Shown here: in pieces, positions 25,683-40,500 of the stretch
Numbering within the stretch: position 1 is the first letter of the stretch
Layout of the letters: the number at the start of each line of letters is the position of its first letter
DNA from: Cenococcum geophilum
Lineage: Eukaryota
Reading direction: 5' to 3'
DNA length: 64,000 nucleotides
NCBI GenBank assembly: GCA_050273025.1
Contig: CP158636.1
Coordinates: forward strand, 8,866,001 to 8,930,000
Made by a program: the position numbers and the translations under genes
The notes under the pieces: generated by a model
What the model saw: only the letters and a program-made list of their open reading frames with translations
Databases searched by the model: none
What the model was told of the DNA's origin: nothing

Positions 25683-28600
25683 TGCAGGCCCCCACAATAC
25701 AAGACATTGCTCAAATCAAGACCAAACAAAATGCGTGAACTGCCACCGAAGCATATATAAGGCGTAGGAGAGAGAAGACTGCATTAAATACAGGAGACGG
25801 AAGGCAAGGGCTTAACAGCTGCGGGAATAACTACACGCTAGGTTATACAAATGAAAACAATAGGCGATAAGCTAGGGGGACGCAGGCGCCTTCCTAGCGT
25901 TTCCTACCTTTAATACTAGAGGGCTAGGCCAGCCATCCTAAGCCTTAACGGGCCAGAAGCGACGCCGTACAACATCACCAGACTAATTAGGGATATAAGG
26001 GTCACAGGGGACACAAGGGAGAGGACGCCCCGTAGGAAGACCTCTATAGACAGCAATAGTAGGCTTAAGACTAGGACAATTACGAATTAGACTTAATGCG
26101 GTAAATATAATATTTGTAGCCGACCTATAAAGGGTATATAGCCGACTAGTAAGAATAGGGGAAGAACCGGTAATAATAACAGATTTAGATATAGAAGCGC
26201 TAATAGGAATATAAAACACGGGAATAGAAAGCTCTATATAAAATAAGTAGTAACTAGGGTGTAGATATAAAAGATAAAAGCTCTAAATATCCTAGAGAAA
26301 GTAAAAATAGAAAAAGTAAGGAATAAAGGAGAGTTAAAGGACCCTTACCGGGGGTCCGCCACCTATCCATTATATAGTATAACTACGGCAATATAAACCA
26401 CCGCCTTATAAGGCCCCTACTAGACAGTCTAGACTGTTACGGACGCTTTAAGTACGATGTTACAACTACTTAGAGAAGAGTCGGAAAAAGCTAGTTGGTT
26501 AATATAGGTACGGACCAGGATGGAACCTGTGGAACTATGTGACGAGGAATAGTAAGCGAGTCACATAATGGTTAAACGTGTTGGCTATATTAAATGTAAG
26601 GAACGTTATATCTAATACAGACAAGACGTACATTACATATAAGAAGGATTTCTTAGGAGTACGGTTGTGTATTTAAGGACCCTTAGTCCCTACCTAGATA
26701 GTTCCTTCCTTATAGTAATTCTTAGAATACAATTAGAGTTAATTTGTTAGGCAACCACTCTACTAGTTATTATTACGTTGTTAACTTACTTATAATACCT
26801 ACACACCTAGCCCATTAATAAGTCCACCATAGTCCCTACTACAAGGCTTCGTTACATAATTACTACTACAGTTACGGTTTTAATAAGTTAAATAATATGC
26901 CACTAAAAGCAGCCACTATAACGCCATTAACGGCGGCAACTACGTCAGGATTAGGTAACGACACTAGTATAGTAGACACTAACTCACAATAACCTGTAAT
27001 AGTAGGACAGTTATAAATAATAGTTAATTAGTTAACGGGAGATAATGCGGTACTTAAAAATAGGATTAATAGGATAGGAGCAGTAAAGGTTAAGTTACTA
27101 TTAATTAAAAGATTCTTAGGAGAAAGATTAAAGCTTAAAGGATTTCTTATGTAAATACACTTTAAGGTTGCGTAGGAAGGAGTAAAGCTGGCAATAACTA
27201 TAGATTAAGTAGCATATGTAGGATTGTTCTTATTAGGAAGAGCACTTAAATAGTTTAAGCCTTACCTTATAGAGATATAAGTAAACGGAATAATAATAAC
27301 AAACTAGGAAGTACGGTTTATATTTTTAAGCTAGAATGGATTTATAGAGCGACTTACACAGATATTTAGGGACCTGGAAGCAATAACTATAGCAGAAAAA
27401 AAGCTTTAGGACCTAATATAACGAACTTTAGCAATTAAGTATATAACATAATTCCAAACGCTAGCTATATAACTTAAGTGGAATAATAAGGCGCTTATGG
27501 CACAGTATAAATAGGGACTTAAGGCTAAAGTCTAGGACGTAATTATTCTAATAGAAGATGCGGATACCCTAAGGGAATTAATAAATTAAGCGATTAAGAT
27601 TAATAATAGGATCTTCTAAAGGGAATAGGCTAAGAAAGGCTAGGACAGAGTTCTATAGTTATATAAGGCGTAAAGTACGCAACAACTAAAGCTAAATTAA
27701 AAACTATAGTATGGCGCAGAGCTAATAGACCTAAGTGGTACTAAAGAAACCTATAAAAGATGGAGTAAGAAACTATAGAAACTTAGAGGTTAAGGATCTA
27801 GTAATTATAGGACTAAGGAGCATAGGCTAAACCAGGGATCGCAATAGTAGAAGACGTTTAGGCGGACTCTATAATAAAGTTAATAGTTTAGAGACGGAGC
27901 TTATATAAATTACGGAAAATAGGGTTACTTCGCAAGGGATTGTAAAGATGGTTAGAGTTACTATATAATAAAGGGAACCAGATTAGCAGTATATAACACA
28001 TATATATAAAGGGACGATAGTACGCTGCGAGGAACAAAAGAATATTCAATTAGAAGTTTTGCGTTTTATTACAACAACGTATACCAAATTTATAAAGACG
28101 CCAAGTATAGTGTAAGCTATTGGCTATAAGAGCTAGAGTTAAAGGGACTTAGAGGAACTAAAGAGTTAGACAAAGAATAGGATTGACTCTATAAGCTAGA
28201 TTAAGATGTTACAGTAATATATAGATAAGGATTAGTAATAATAATAATAAAGTTGGAGTACTTATTAATTAACCGCGATAAGGATAGTAAAGGAACTAAC
28301 TAGGGGTATCTAAACCTTAATAACGTAACGGAAGTAGAGACTAAGACCGCTATAGAGCAAGGTTTAGTAACGGGTATTATAATACCGTTAGATACGGTAT
28401 CTATTGCTTTATAAGACGGAAGGAGTAATATCTAGAAACGATTAAGCAAGCAGACGACTGCTAGTACTAGCTTACCACTTAATAAAGGTAAAAGGCTAAA
28501 GGCTTAAGATTTTTAAGACGAGATAAGAAACGACTAAGATTCTTAAGATAAGATAAGGTAAGCTTAAAGACTTATAACGGACAGAAACTAATAGAGTAGA

Positions 28601-29594
28601 GTAGTAGCTTAGTTTAAGGACATACGAATAAGCTTAGGACAAGAATTCCCAATGGTATAAGATTCTTAAGATAAGATAAGTGAGATTTAGGACTCTTAAG
28701 ATAAGATGAGGACACTAGTAAAGCCTAGTTAGACTAAGGCTAGAGCTAAGCTTAAGTTAGAAGTAAGCTTAGGATTAAAGAATCTAAGGGGTTAAGAATT
28801 TAGAGCGTAAATTAGAACACCTATAAGTAAGAGGCAAGAGGCTTCTTTATAGATTAGAGAATCTGCAGTATAAACAGTAATTAGACTAGGAGACAGATAT
28901 ATAGACTTAGAGGACTTACTAGGGGAACATAGTATTTAGCCTAAAGATTAAAAAGTTAATACTAAGATTAAGAAGCACGAAGACTTTAAGGATCTACTTA
29001 TAAAACGCGACGTAAAAGAAACTATAGAGGAATTTAGGGTAAGAATTACCTTATAGCAAAAACAGAAACTAGATAAGAGATCTAGTATATTGGGACGTAT
29101 AAGGGATAGAGCGCTAGTATAAAAAGTCACTAATAGGCCTAGAATAGGCATACTAAGAGCTAAGTGGCTTACTAAACTGGAATAAGAAGAGGATCTAGGG
29201 ATTCTTACTAGGTTTGAAGAACGATATACTAAAGGCTGTTATAATGTAGCGATAAAGAGATATTTCCTTACGGATAAGCCGTATATACTTAAGCAGCTAT
29301 ACTAAAAGTGGTATAGGTAACGACATAATAATAAGTGGGAAGATTTCTATATATAGTTAGACGAAAAAGTTATCTAAGACCACCCAATTATAGAGAAGGC
29401 TATAACTTATATTAAGGGGGCCTTAATTATAATGTTAAAAGATTTAAAGGAGTAATTAGAGGACTAGAGAAGTAAAAGATAAATCTTAGTACCTACAAAC
29501 GAAGTTGCAACGCTTAGATTAATACAAGAGAGGTTTAAACTCTAGGATAAAGACAAACTAAGAGTTAACCTAAGACATTAAGTATATTATACAC

Positions 29595-32500
29595 TGTAAC
29601 GGAACCTTGTAGCAAGAACTACGGTAGGCTCGTTATTGGGCTAGGTGTATAGGAAATGCAAGTATAAAAGTCAACAATGTAATAATAACTGGTGGAGTAG
29701 TTGCCTAACAGATTAACTCCAATTATATTCTGAGAATTACTACGAGGAAGGAACTATCTAGGTAGGGACTAAGGGTCCTTAAATACACAACCGTACTCCT
29801 AAGAAAGTTATTACTCTATCTGCTCTATCTACTCTATTCGCTCTATAATAGATCTTATAGATTATATAGATTATACAGATTATATCACGTAACTCTACTT
29901 ACTATTCCTTATTATATAGTTCTATAGGTTCTATCCTAGACCGTGCTTATATTAACTAACTAGCTTCTTCCGACTTCTCTCTAAGTAGTTATAATATTAT
30001 ACTTAAAGCGTCCATAATACTATTTCCCTCCTCTCTATCTTCGTCCTTAAAAATACCTAGCATCTCTAGGTCGTTTATTAGAGGTGTAATATCCATTTAA
30101 TTAATTTGGTTAATATTGTTACTTATAATGCCTAAAGTACCTTCTTCTTCTTCTATAGCCCGTCGGTCTCGTACCGTTGCTATAATATTATCTCTTGGCG
30201 AGATAATGCCTTCTCCGTGTTCTTGTTATGTGAAAGAGGGGCTAGTTTACGTTGTGTTGGCGAGTCCTTTATCCTAGTAACCTTCCTCTTATTTAGAGTG
30301 CACTAAAGCGAATATTTAGTTATCCTGTAACGTTCGCTCTATCTCTAATATTAAATATACGCGACCTATTACTCTTAATAGTCGTCTAGTTCCCTAATTA
30401 ATTTGTCTTAGGGTCTTATATTTAATCTAAGGTAGAAAAACTTAAGGGTAATCTTGCCGTAGCGCTAGTAGAAGCCTATCGTTAATCTAAAGAATCTGCT
30501 CGTGCCCTTAAGGCTTAGCAGTCTACCTTTATAAAAGTTTAGTATCTTTAACGTGTTTATAAGAAGGTTCGCTTTAAGGAGTAGAAACTTATAGAGTAAG
30601 GTCTGTAGGAACTAGGTAATAAAAAAACGGATTCTCTTTTAATAGAGAAGGAAATAGATCCGAGTAGTTCGGCAACTGCTCTTCTTAGGTCCCCCTTAGG
30701 TAACTTATTCTTTGGCGATCCTTTTTTATTAATACTACCTAACCTAATCTCTTCTAATACTCCTATACCTTTTCTATAGCGTTTTTTAAATTCTTTAGTA
30801 GCTCCTAGGTAGTCTTAGTATAGCCTATCTACTTAACCTTATACCATATTTCGTCGTTAATGTCCTTATAATTAACAATCTTTAATACTTGCCATTTATC
30901 TTCTTCTTATCCTCTATATATGTCTGCTTTATAGACCGGTAGCTTAATATTCCTATATGCTAGCTCTAGTATTATAATATGTTGTATAGGGTAGATCTTT
31001 ATTTTAGCTGGTAGGTTTAACTTAAATATAACTGGTGAAATCCTCTACGTAATTTTAAAAGGTCCTAGTCTAATATGGTCCAACTTCTTGCTTAGTTATT
31101 AACTCTTAAAATTTTTATATAGTAGCTATACTTTATCTCCCTCCTTAAGATCTGGTCCCTTAGATCTCTTAGCATTATAGTACTTTTTTATTTTCTCTTA
31201 TACTTTTTTTACTAATTCTATAAGGTCTGCATAAAGATTTATTAATGTCTTTATTCTCTCTTTAGCTATACTACTCGTTTTCTTTACTTGCCGTAGTAAC
31301 AACGATATTTTCGGCTTATATCCGTAATTTGCCTTAAATAGTAATATGCCTATTCCCTCTTAAGGTGTTGTATTATATACAAACTATATAACTGGTAACA
31401 GTAATACCTAATTATTCTATGCATAATTAATATAATGCCTTAGGTACTGCTTTAGCGTCTAATTTAATTTTTCCGTTTAACCGTCTGTCTGTGGATAATA
31501 TACGGTGGAAGTTACTACTTAAACTCCTTACTCTGCTAAGAATACTTCCTAGAATACTGCTATAAATCTTAGATCTCTATCCGATATAATCTTACTTAGT
31601 ACTCTATATCTTACAAATACTTCTTTAACGTAGATTCTAGCGATATCTTCCGCTAAGATTTCTTCTATATATGCTATAAAGTATCCCCACTTTATAAGCT
31701 TATCTACTATTACTAAAATCACGTTATAATCTTGTCCAGTAATGGGATTTTTTAATTTTGGCAACTTAATAATAAAGTCTTATAATATGACCTCCTATAG
31801 TCTCTCTAGTATTTTAACAGGTTATAGCCCTCTATATGGCTTATACCTTATTAGTTTATTTCTTTAGCAATCTAGATATTCCTTTATAACCCTTCTAGCT
31901 ATCCTTTAGATTCCATTAATAATATACTCCTCCTAGAGTCTTAATACTAAGCCCATAGCTCCATTATATCCTTAGGTTAGTCCCTTATGGAAGTCCTTTA
32001 TAAACTGCTCTGCTATGCTTCTTAGGATATACTTTACTTCTCGATTTTCGTATATATCTATCTATAGATCTTCTAGCTATGCTTTTAGAATTTTTTGTGC
32101 CTAAAAGCTTTCTAGTGTCTTATAGACTTTCTCTAGTTTGTTATCTTCTTAAGTTACTACAATTTTTAGATGATTGTACCTAATTAATCCATCTATATCT
32201 TTTCGCAATAAAGCCCCTAATGGCTTTTCCTTATTTTATAGTTTAGCTTTACGGCTTAGAGCATCTGCCTGCGTATTATCTGTACCTTTAGTATACTAAA
32301 TCTTAAAATGGTATTCCGTAAGCATCTCTGCCCATCTAACCTATCTTTAGTTAAGTTCCTTTATTATTAAAAATCCTATTAGGTTCTTATAATCCGTCTT
32401 AACTATAAATAGTTTCTTTGTGCTTTACAAGAATGCTCTCTATTCCTTTAATACTATAACTATACCTAACAACTCCTTGTTATAGATGTTATAGTTTAAC

Positions 32501-35500
32501 TCCGGTAGTATTATCTTCCAACTATAGTATGCTACTAGGTGCTATCTATCTTAATGCCTTTATATAAAGCATGCCCCTAGTATATAGTCTAATATATCCG
32601 TTTCTATAACCGTCTCTAGTCCTAGTTAATAGATCTTAAGAACTGGCTCCTGGGTAAATAACTCTTTAACTTTTTTAAAGAGTTCTCTTTACTCCTCTCC
32701 CCATACCTATAGTTCTTCTTTCTTTATTAACCGCGTAAATAGCTTAATATTCTTTAACTACTGCGCTATAAACCTTCTACAGTAATTATAAAACCCTAGA
32801 AACGATCTTAACTATATAACGTTCTCTAGTTTTTACTAATTCACTATAGCCTTAATCTTTTTTAGATCTATACTAAGTTAGCCTAATTTAATAATAAATC
32901 TAACGAAATTGGTCTTCCTAGTAAAGAACTCGCATTTCTTAATTGCTACTAGCATCTATTCTTCTTGTAGTCTCTTTAAGACCTATTTAATATGTTCCCT
33001 ATATTCTTCCTTAGTTATTAAGTAGATAATAATATTATTAAGATATACCATAATAAATTTATCTAAGTGTTCCCCTAATACGTTGTTAATACACTTTTAG
33101 AACATTGCTAGTGCGTTTATAAGCCCGAATTGTATAACTAATGGTTTATATAGTCCTTCCTTTAACCTAAAGGCTGCCTTCTATTCGTTGCCTTCCTTAA
33201 TCCTAATCTAATGGTACGCCTATCTTAGATCTATCTTTATAAAGATTTGCGCATTACCTATCCTGTTTTAAATTTCGCTAATTAAGGGTAAAGGATACCT
33301 ATCCTTCCTAGTAATGCTGTTTAACTATCTGTAGTTAATATACAGCCTTAGTTTACCATTTTTCTTTAGTATAAATAGTACTGGATAACCCGCTAATAAC
33401 TGCGATGGTCTAATATATCCCTTTTATAGATTTTCCTAGATAAACTCTTTTAACGCTCTACCTTCTTTTTCGGTAAGCTTATAGATTAGAAAGAACTTTA
33501 GACTTATTCCTAGTTCTAACTCTATCTTATAGTCCTATGCTATATACTTTAATAGCTTTTTACTTTCCAGTGACTATAGTTTCTTGCCGTACTTATGGTA
33601 TCTCTTTGGTATATAACTTAGTCCTTTTTCTATTTCTTTATAGGTTACTCCTACTTAGTACCATACCAACTTAGCTTATTATTATATCTTATAGCGTTGA
33701 GTATCTTTAATATTAACCTGACCTATAATCTAATCGATTCTTAGATTGTATTCCTATAACTAAGGTATACCTAATACTGCCTCGTCCCGTCCTAATGGTA
33801 GGATATCAAAAGATATCTTAATTTGTCTCCCTTTAATAGTTATCTAAATAGGTCCTATTTTAAGATTGATAATCCCTCCTTTATAGGTTATTAGATCTCC
33901 TAAAATTATAACTAATAGGTAAGGTTGCTCCTTTTGTCTGTAAGGTAGTCCCATTCTCTTAACTACTACTAGTAAGATATAGTTTCGCGTTACTCCACTA
34001 TCTATTAGCGTTTTAAACTGCTGATCTTACTAATTGATTTATAAATTCAGGTATTGTCCTTAAATTCCTTTAAGGGTCTAAGGCTCTACCACTGGCTCCC
34101 TCTGGTCCTGTAGGCCTTTACTTTTTCTAACTATTAGCTATTTAATCCTAGTGCACTTGGCTTACTCTTTAGCCAATACCTAGTTCGCTTTTTATCTTTA
34201 ATATACTATAGATACGTGTTTTCTGGGCATTCCCACTACTATTGTCTATCTAAGCATTCTTCCGTAAGGAATCTTCCTGGTTAAAGTACTAAACTTCCTT
34301 CCTTTTGGACCTCTGCTGGATGCTATCCGTATATATATTTGGCATTCCTATACTATTGCTTGTCCGTTATCTAGTATATCCTTATAGGGTATTTCCAATT
34401 CTTTTCCTTTGGATTCTTATATATTTCGCATATATTGTCCACGCACGCAATTTATAATAACATGTGGTGTGCTAGGTGCTTTAGGTTAACTCTTAGCTTA
34501 TCTTCGTCCTTAAGTTTAAACCTTTATTATACTGATCTAAACGTTGCGACTTTATTTATAGGTATTAAGATACGTCTCTTACTTCTCTAGTCCTCTAAAT
34601 GTTCCTCTAGATCCTTTAATATTATAATTAAGGCTCCTTTAATATATGTTATAGCCTTCTCTATAATTAGGTGGTCCTAGATAACTTTTTTATTCAACTA
34701 TATGTAGAAATTTTCCCACTTATTATTGTGCCTTTGCCTATACTACTTTTAGTACAGCTGCTGGAGTGTATACAGTTTGTCTATAAGGAAGTATCTTCTT
34801 ATTGCTGCATTGTAATAGCCCTTTGTGTGTCGTTCCTCGAACCTAGTTAAAATCCCTAGATCCTCTTTATCTTCTAGTTTAGTAAGCCACTTAGCTCTTA
34901 GTGTACCTGCTCTTAGCCTATTAGTAATTTTTTGTACTGGTGCTCTGTCCTTTGTACGTCCTAATGTGCTAGATCTTCTGTCTAGTTTCTGCTCTTGCTA
35001 TGAGGTAATTCTTGCCCTAAACTCCTCTATGGTTTCTTTTACGTCGCGTCTTATAAGTGGATCCTTAAAGTCTTTATACTTCTTAATCTTGGTATTAACT
35101 TTTTAATCTTTAGGCTAAACACTATATTCCCTTAGTAAGTCTTCTGGGTTTATATATCTGTCTCCCAGTCTAATCGCTGTTTGTGTTATAGATTCTCTAA
35201 TCTATAAAGAAGCTCCTTGCCTCTTATCTGTGGGTGTCCTAATTTATACTCCGAATTCTTAACCTCTTAGATTCTTTAATCTTAAGCTTGCTTCTAACTT
35301 AAGCTTAGCTCCTGCCTTAGTCTAACTAGGCTTACTTAGTGTTCTCATCTCGTCTTAAGAGTCTTAAATCTCACTTATCTCGTCTTGAGAATCTTATACC
35401 TGTGGGAACTTCTATCCCAAGCTTATTTGTATAGTTCTGAACTAAGCTACTGCTCTGCTCTATCGGTTATCGTCCGTTGTAGGTCCTTAAGCTTACCTTA

Positions 35501-37545
35501 TCTCGTCCTAAGAATCTTGGTTATCTTTTATCTCATCTTAAGAATCTTAAGCCTTTGGCTTTTTGCCTTTATTAAGTGCCGAAGTGGTTCGCTATCCTAC
35601 TTCTCTTACGTCTTATAAAGCAATAGACATCGTATCTAGTAGGGTTTCGATCCCTACTAATGTTCCCTATTCTATAGTGGAATCATCCTCTGCCTCTAGT
35701 ATAATATTTCCGAGGTCTGCTCGCTTCTAGTAAGCGGCCCTTGTTACCTTATCGTCACGGAATGTTTCGCCTAGGTCGAATTTATCGTCCTTAATGTCCG
35801 ATCTGCGAACTAGTTCATTAGTTCCTCTGTATCCTATAGGTGCTAGCTCTTATAGCTAATAGCTTACGCCGTACTTAGCGTCCTTATAAATTTGGCATGC
35901 GTTATTATAACAAAACGCAAAACTTCTAATTAAACATTCTTTTGTTCCTCGCAGCATATTATCATCCCTCTATACGTATATATTGTCTGCTAGTCTTATA
36001 CCCTTTACTACGTGGTGACTCTACCCACTTTTATAGTCTCTAACGTAATAACCCTATTTTCTACAATTTATATAAGCTCCTTCTTTAAACCATTTCTCTT
36101 GTTATAGAGTCCGCCTAAATGTCTTCTGCTATTAAGATCCCTAATTCGGCCTCTGCTCCTTAGACTTTTAATTACTTAATCCTTGTCCTCTAGGTTTCTA
36201 TAGTTTGCTCTATCTCTTATAGGCTTTTTTGGTACCACTTAGGTCTATTAGCTCTGCGCTATACTATGTTTTCTAACTTAGCTTTTATTGTTGCGTAATT
36301 TACGCCTTATATGACTATAGAACTCTATCCTGGCCTCTCTTAGCCTGTTCCCTTTGGTAGATCCGATTGTTAATCTTAATCGCCTAATCTATTAGATCCC
36401 TTAGGGTGTCCATATCTTCTATTAGGATAATCGCGTCCTAGACTTTAGCCTTAAGTCCCTATTTATACTATGCCATAAGCGCCCTATTATTCTACTCTAC
36501 TTATATTACTAGTGTCTAAAACTATATCGTATACTTAATTACTAAAGTTCGTTATATAAGGTTCTGGAGTTTTCTTTCTACTATAGTTATTTTTTCTAGG
36601 TCTCTAAATATCTACGTTAGTCGTTCTGTAAATCCTTCCTAACTTAAGAACATAAATCGCACGTCTTAGTTAGTGGTCGTTATTCCGTTTACCTATATCT
36701 CCGTAAGGTAAGGTTTAAACTACTTAAGTGCTTTCCCTAATAAGAATAGTCCTGCATAGGCTATCCGATCCATAGGTGTAGGTAACTTTACTTTCTCTTA
36801 TAAGACCTTAAAATGCATCTGCGTAAGGAATCCTTTAAGCTTTAACCTCTCTCCGGTAAATCTCTTAATTAATAATAGCTTAATCTTTGCTGCTCCTATT
36901 CTATTAAGTCTTTCTTCTAACACTGTATTGTTAGCTGTTAGCTAGTTAACTATTTCCTATAGCTGTCCGACCGTTATAGGTTGCTGTAAGTTAGTATCTG
37001 CCATACTGGTATCACCTCCTATCCTTAAAGTAGTTGCTGCCGTCGATGGCGTCGTGGTGGCTACTTTTAGTGGCATGTTATTCGACTTCTTATATTAATA
37101 CCGTAACTAGGTAGTAATTGTATAATGGAACCTTGTAGTAAGAACTACAGTAGGCTCGTTATTAGGCTAGGTGTGTAAGAAATGTAAGTATAAAAGTTAA
37201 CAATGTAATAATAACTGGTGGAGTGGTTGCCTAACAGATTAACTCTAATTGTATTCTAAGAATTACTACGAGGAAGGAACTATCTAGGTAGGGACTAAGG
37301 GTCCTTAAATACACAACCGTACTCCTAAGAAAGTTATTACTTTATCTGCTCTGTCTGCTCTATTCGCTCTGTAATAGATCTTACAGATTATATAGATTAT
37401 ACAGATTACATCACGTGACTCTGCTTACCATTCCTCGTCATATGGTTCCACGGGTTCCATCCTAGACCGTGCTTATATTAACCAACTAGCTTCTTCCGAC
37501 TCCTCTCTAAGTAGTCGTAACATTGTACTTAAAGCGTCCGTAACA
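29595..37545 (-). mobile_element. Full-length Gypsy element C, same family as B (LTRs 29595-30019 and 37121-37545)
   Basis: Two 425-bp LTRs; TSD TACAC (29590-29594, 37546-37550); internal sequence is a reverse-complement homolog of B. Confidence 0.95.
30128..30780 (+). pseudogene. Antisense accessory gene of Gypsy C: Zn2Cys6-like domain plus coiled coil, one intron (30357-30411)
   Basis: MPKVPSSSSIARRSRTVAIILSLGEIMPSPCS.(C)VKEGLV(C)VVLASP....PSS(C).ECTKANI..SCNVRS; homologous copy in B. The 3' end is approximate. Confidence 0.75.
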
Positions 37546-40500
37546 TACACTATTATGGATAGTATGCGTAGATAATGCGTATAATATATATAGAGCACTA
37601 AAGAATAAAAATCAAAAGTATCTAATAAGGATGTATTAGATGACGGATAAGGCGAAATATTAAAACGCTAAGTATATATATAGTTAGCACCTAGTAAAAG
37701 TTTAAAAATAAGGGGACTTAATACTTTAACTAGGAAAATTCCTTACGGAAGAATGCCTAGATAAACGATAATGGTGGGAATATCTAAAGAATACCTATCT
37801 ATAGTATATTAAAGATAAAAAGCAAACTAAGTATTAGCCTAAGTTGGACTAAGTATAAATAGGATCTAGTAGCTAATAGTTGGGAAAAGTAGAGGCCTAT
37901 AGGACTAGAGGGAGCTAGTAGTAAAGCCTTAGACCCTTAAAGGAATTTAAGGATAACACCTAAATTTATAAATTAAGTGGTAAGATTAATAGTTTAAGGC
38001 ATTAATAGATAGTGGAGCAATAAGGAACTATATCTTGCCGGTAGCAGTAAAAAGAATAGGATTACTATACAAAAAAAAGGAATGTCCTTACCTATTAGTG
38101 ATAATTTTAGGAGATCCAATAGCCTATAGAGGAGGTATTATTAATCTTAAAATAGGACCAGTTTAGTTAACCATTAAAGGAAGACTAGTTAAGATATCTT
38201 TTAACATATTACTATTAGGGAATAATAAGGCAGTACTAAGAATGCCTTAGTTATAAGAATATAATCTAAAGATTAATTAGGTTACAGGTTAGGTCAATAT
38301 TAAAAATACTTAACGCCGTAAGATATAATAATAAGCCAAGTTGGTATAGTACTAAGTAGAAGCGACCTATAAAGAAATAGAAAAAGGGTTAAGTTATATA
38401 CCAAAAAGATACTATAAGTATGGTAAAAAACTATAGTCACCTAAGAGTGAAAAGCTATTAAAGTATATAGCATAGGACTATAAGATAGAATTAAAACTAG
38501 AAATAAGTTTAAGGTTCTTTCTAATCTATAAGCTTACTAAAGAAGAAGGTAGAGTATTAAAAGAGTTTATCTAAGAAAACTTATAAAAGGGATATATTAG
38601 ACCATTATAGTTATTAGCAGGATATCTAGTACTATTTATACTAAAAAAGAATAGTAAATTAAGGCTATATATTAACTATAGACAGTTAAATAGCATTACT
38701 AGAAAGGATAGGTATCCTTTACCCTTAATTAGCGAAATCTAAGATAGGATAGGTAATGCGCAAATCTTTACAAAGATAGATTTAAGATAGGCGTACTATT
38801 AGATTAGAATTAAGGAAGGCAACAAATGGAAGGCAGCCTTTAGGTTAAAGAAAGGACTGTATAAACCATTAGTTATACAATTTGGGCTTATAAACGCACT
38901 AGTAACGTTCCAAAAGCATATTAACAATATATTAAAAGAATATTTAGATAAATTTGTTATAGTATACCTTAATAATATTTTTATCTACTTAATAAATAAG
39001 GAAGAGTATAGAGAATACGTTAAATAGGTTTTAAAGAGACTATAAGAAGAGTAAATGCTAGTAGCAATTAAGAAATACGAGTTCTTTACTAGAAAGACCG
39101 ATTTTGTTAGATTTATTATTAAACTAGGCCAACTTAGTATAGATTTAAAGAAGATTAAGGCTATAGTAAATTAGCAGGAACTAGAGAACGTTACGTAGTT
39201 AAAATTATTTTTAGGGTTTTGCAATTACTGCAGAAGGTTTATAGCGTAATAGTTAAAGGATATTAAACTATTTATACAATTAACGAAGAAAGAGGAACTA
39301 TAGGTATAGGGAGAGAAGTAATAAGAACTCTTTAGAAAAGTTAAAAAGTTGTTTACCTAGGAGCTAGTTCTTAAAATCTATTAACTAGGACTAGAGACGG
39401 TTATAGAAACAAATATATTAAACTTTGCACTAGGAGTATACTTTATATAAAAGCATCTAGACGGATAGTATCTAGTGGCATATTATAGTTAAAAGATAAC
39501 ACCACTAGAGTTAAACTATAACATCTATAATAAGGAGTTATTAGGTATAGTTGCAGTATTAAAGAAATAAAGAGTATTCTTATAAGGTATAAAAAAACCA
39601 TTTATAGTTAAAACGGATTATAAGAACCTAATAGGATTCTTAATAATAAAGGAACTTAACTAGAGATAGGTTAGATAGGCAAAAATACTTACAGAATACT
39701 ATTTTAAAATTTAGTATATTAAGGGTATAGATAATACGCGGGCTAATATATTAAGTTAAAAGGCTAAACTATAAAGTGACAATAAGCTATTAGGGGCTTT
39801 ACTGCAAAAAGATATAGATGGATTAATTAGGTATAATTATCCAAAAATCGCAGCAACATAAGAGAATAAGTTAGGAAAGGTCTATAAGATACCAGAAAGC
39901 TTTTAGGTATAAAGGATTCTAGAAGCACAACTAAAAGACTTATAGTCGGATATATACAAAAATCAAGAAGTAAAGTATATCCTAAAAAGTATAGCAGAGT
40001 AGTTTATAGAGGACTTCTATAAGGGATTAACTTAAGGACATAACGGAGCAATAGGCTTAGTATTAAGACTCTAAGAGGAGTATATTATTAACGGAATCTA
40101 AAGAATAGCTAGAAGGGTTACTAAAGAGTATCTAGATTGTTAAAGAAATAAACTAATAAGGTATAAGCTATATGGAGGGCTACAACCTATTAAAATACTA
40201 GAAAGACTATGGGAGGTTATATTATAGGACTTTATTATTAAGTTGCTAAAATTAAGAAACCCTATTACCGGACAAGATTATAATGTAATCTTAGTAATAG
40301 TAAACAAGCTTACAAAGTAGGGATACTTTATAGCCTATATGGAAGAAATCTTAGTAGAAGATATCACTAGAATCTATATTAAAGAAGTATTCGCAAGACA
40401 TAGAGCACTAAGTAAAATTATATTAGATAGAGATCTAAGATTTATAGCAGCATTTTAGGAGGTATTCTTGGCGGAATAAGGAGTTTGAGTAGCAACTTCT

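Noticed and set aside
22272..25983. Short ORFs at 22272, 23376, 23664, 24231 and 25983
   Set aside because: No recognisable protein features; they are off-frame or antisense to TE sequence, or lie in hairpin-rich DNA.
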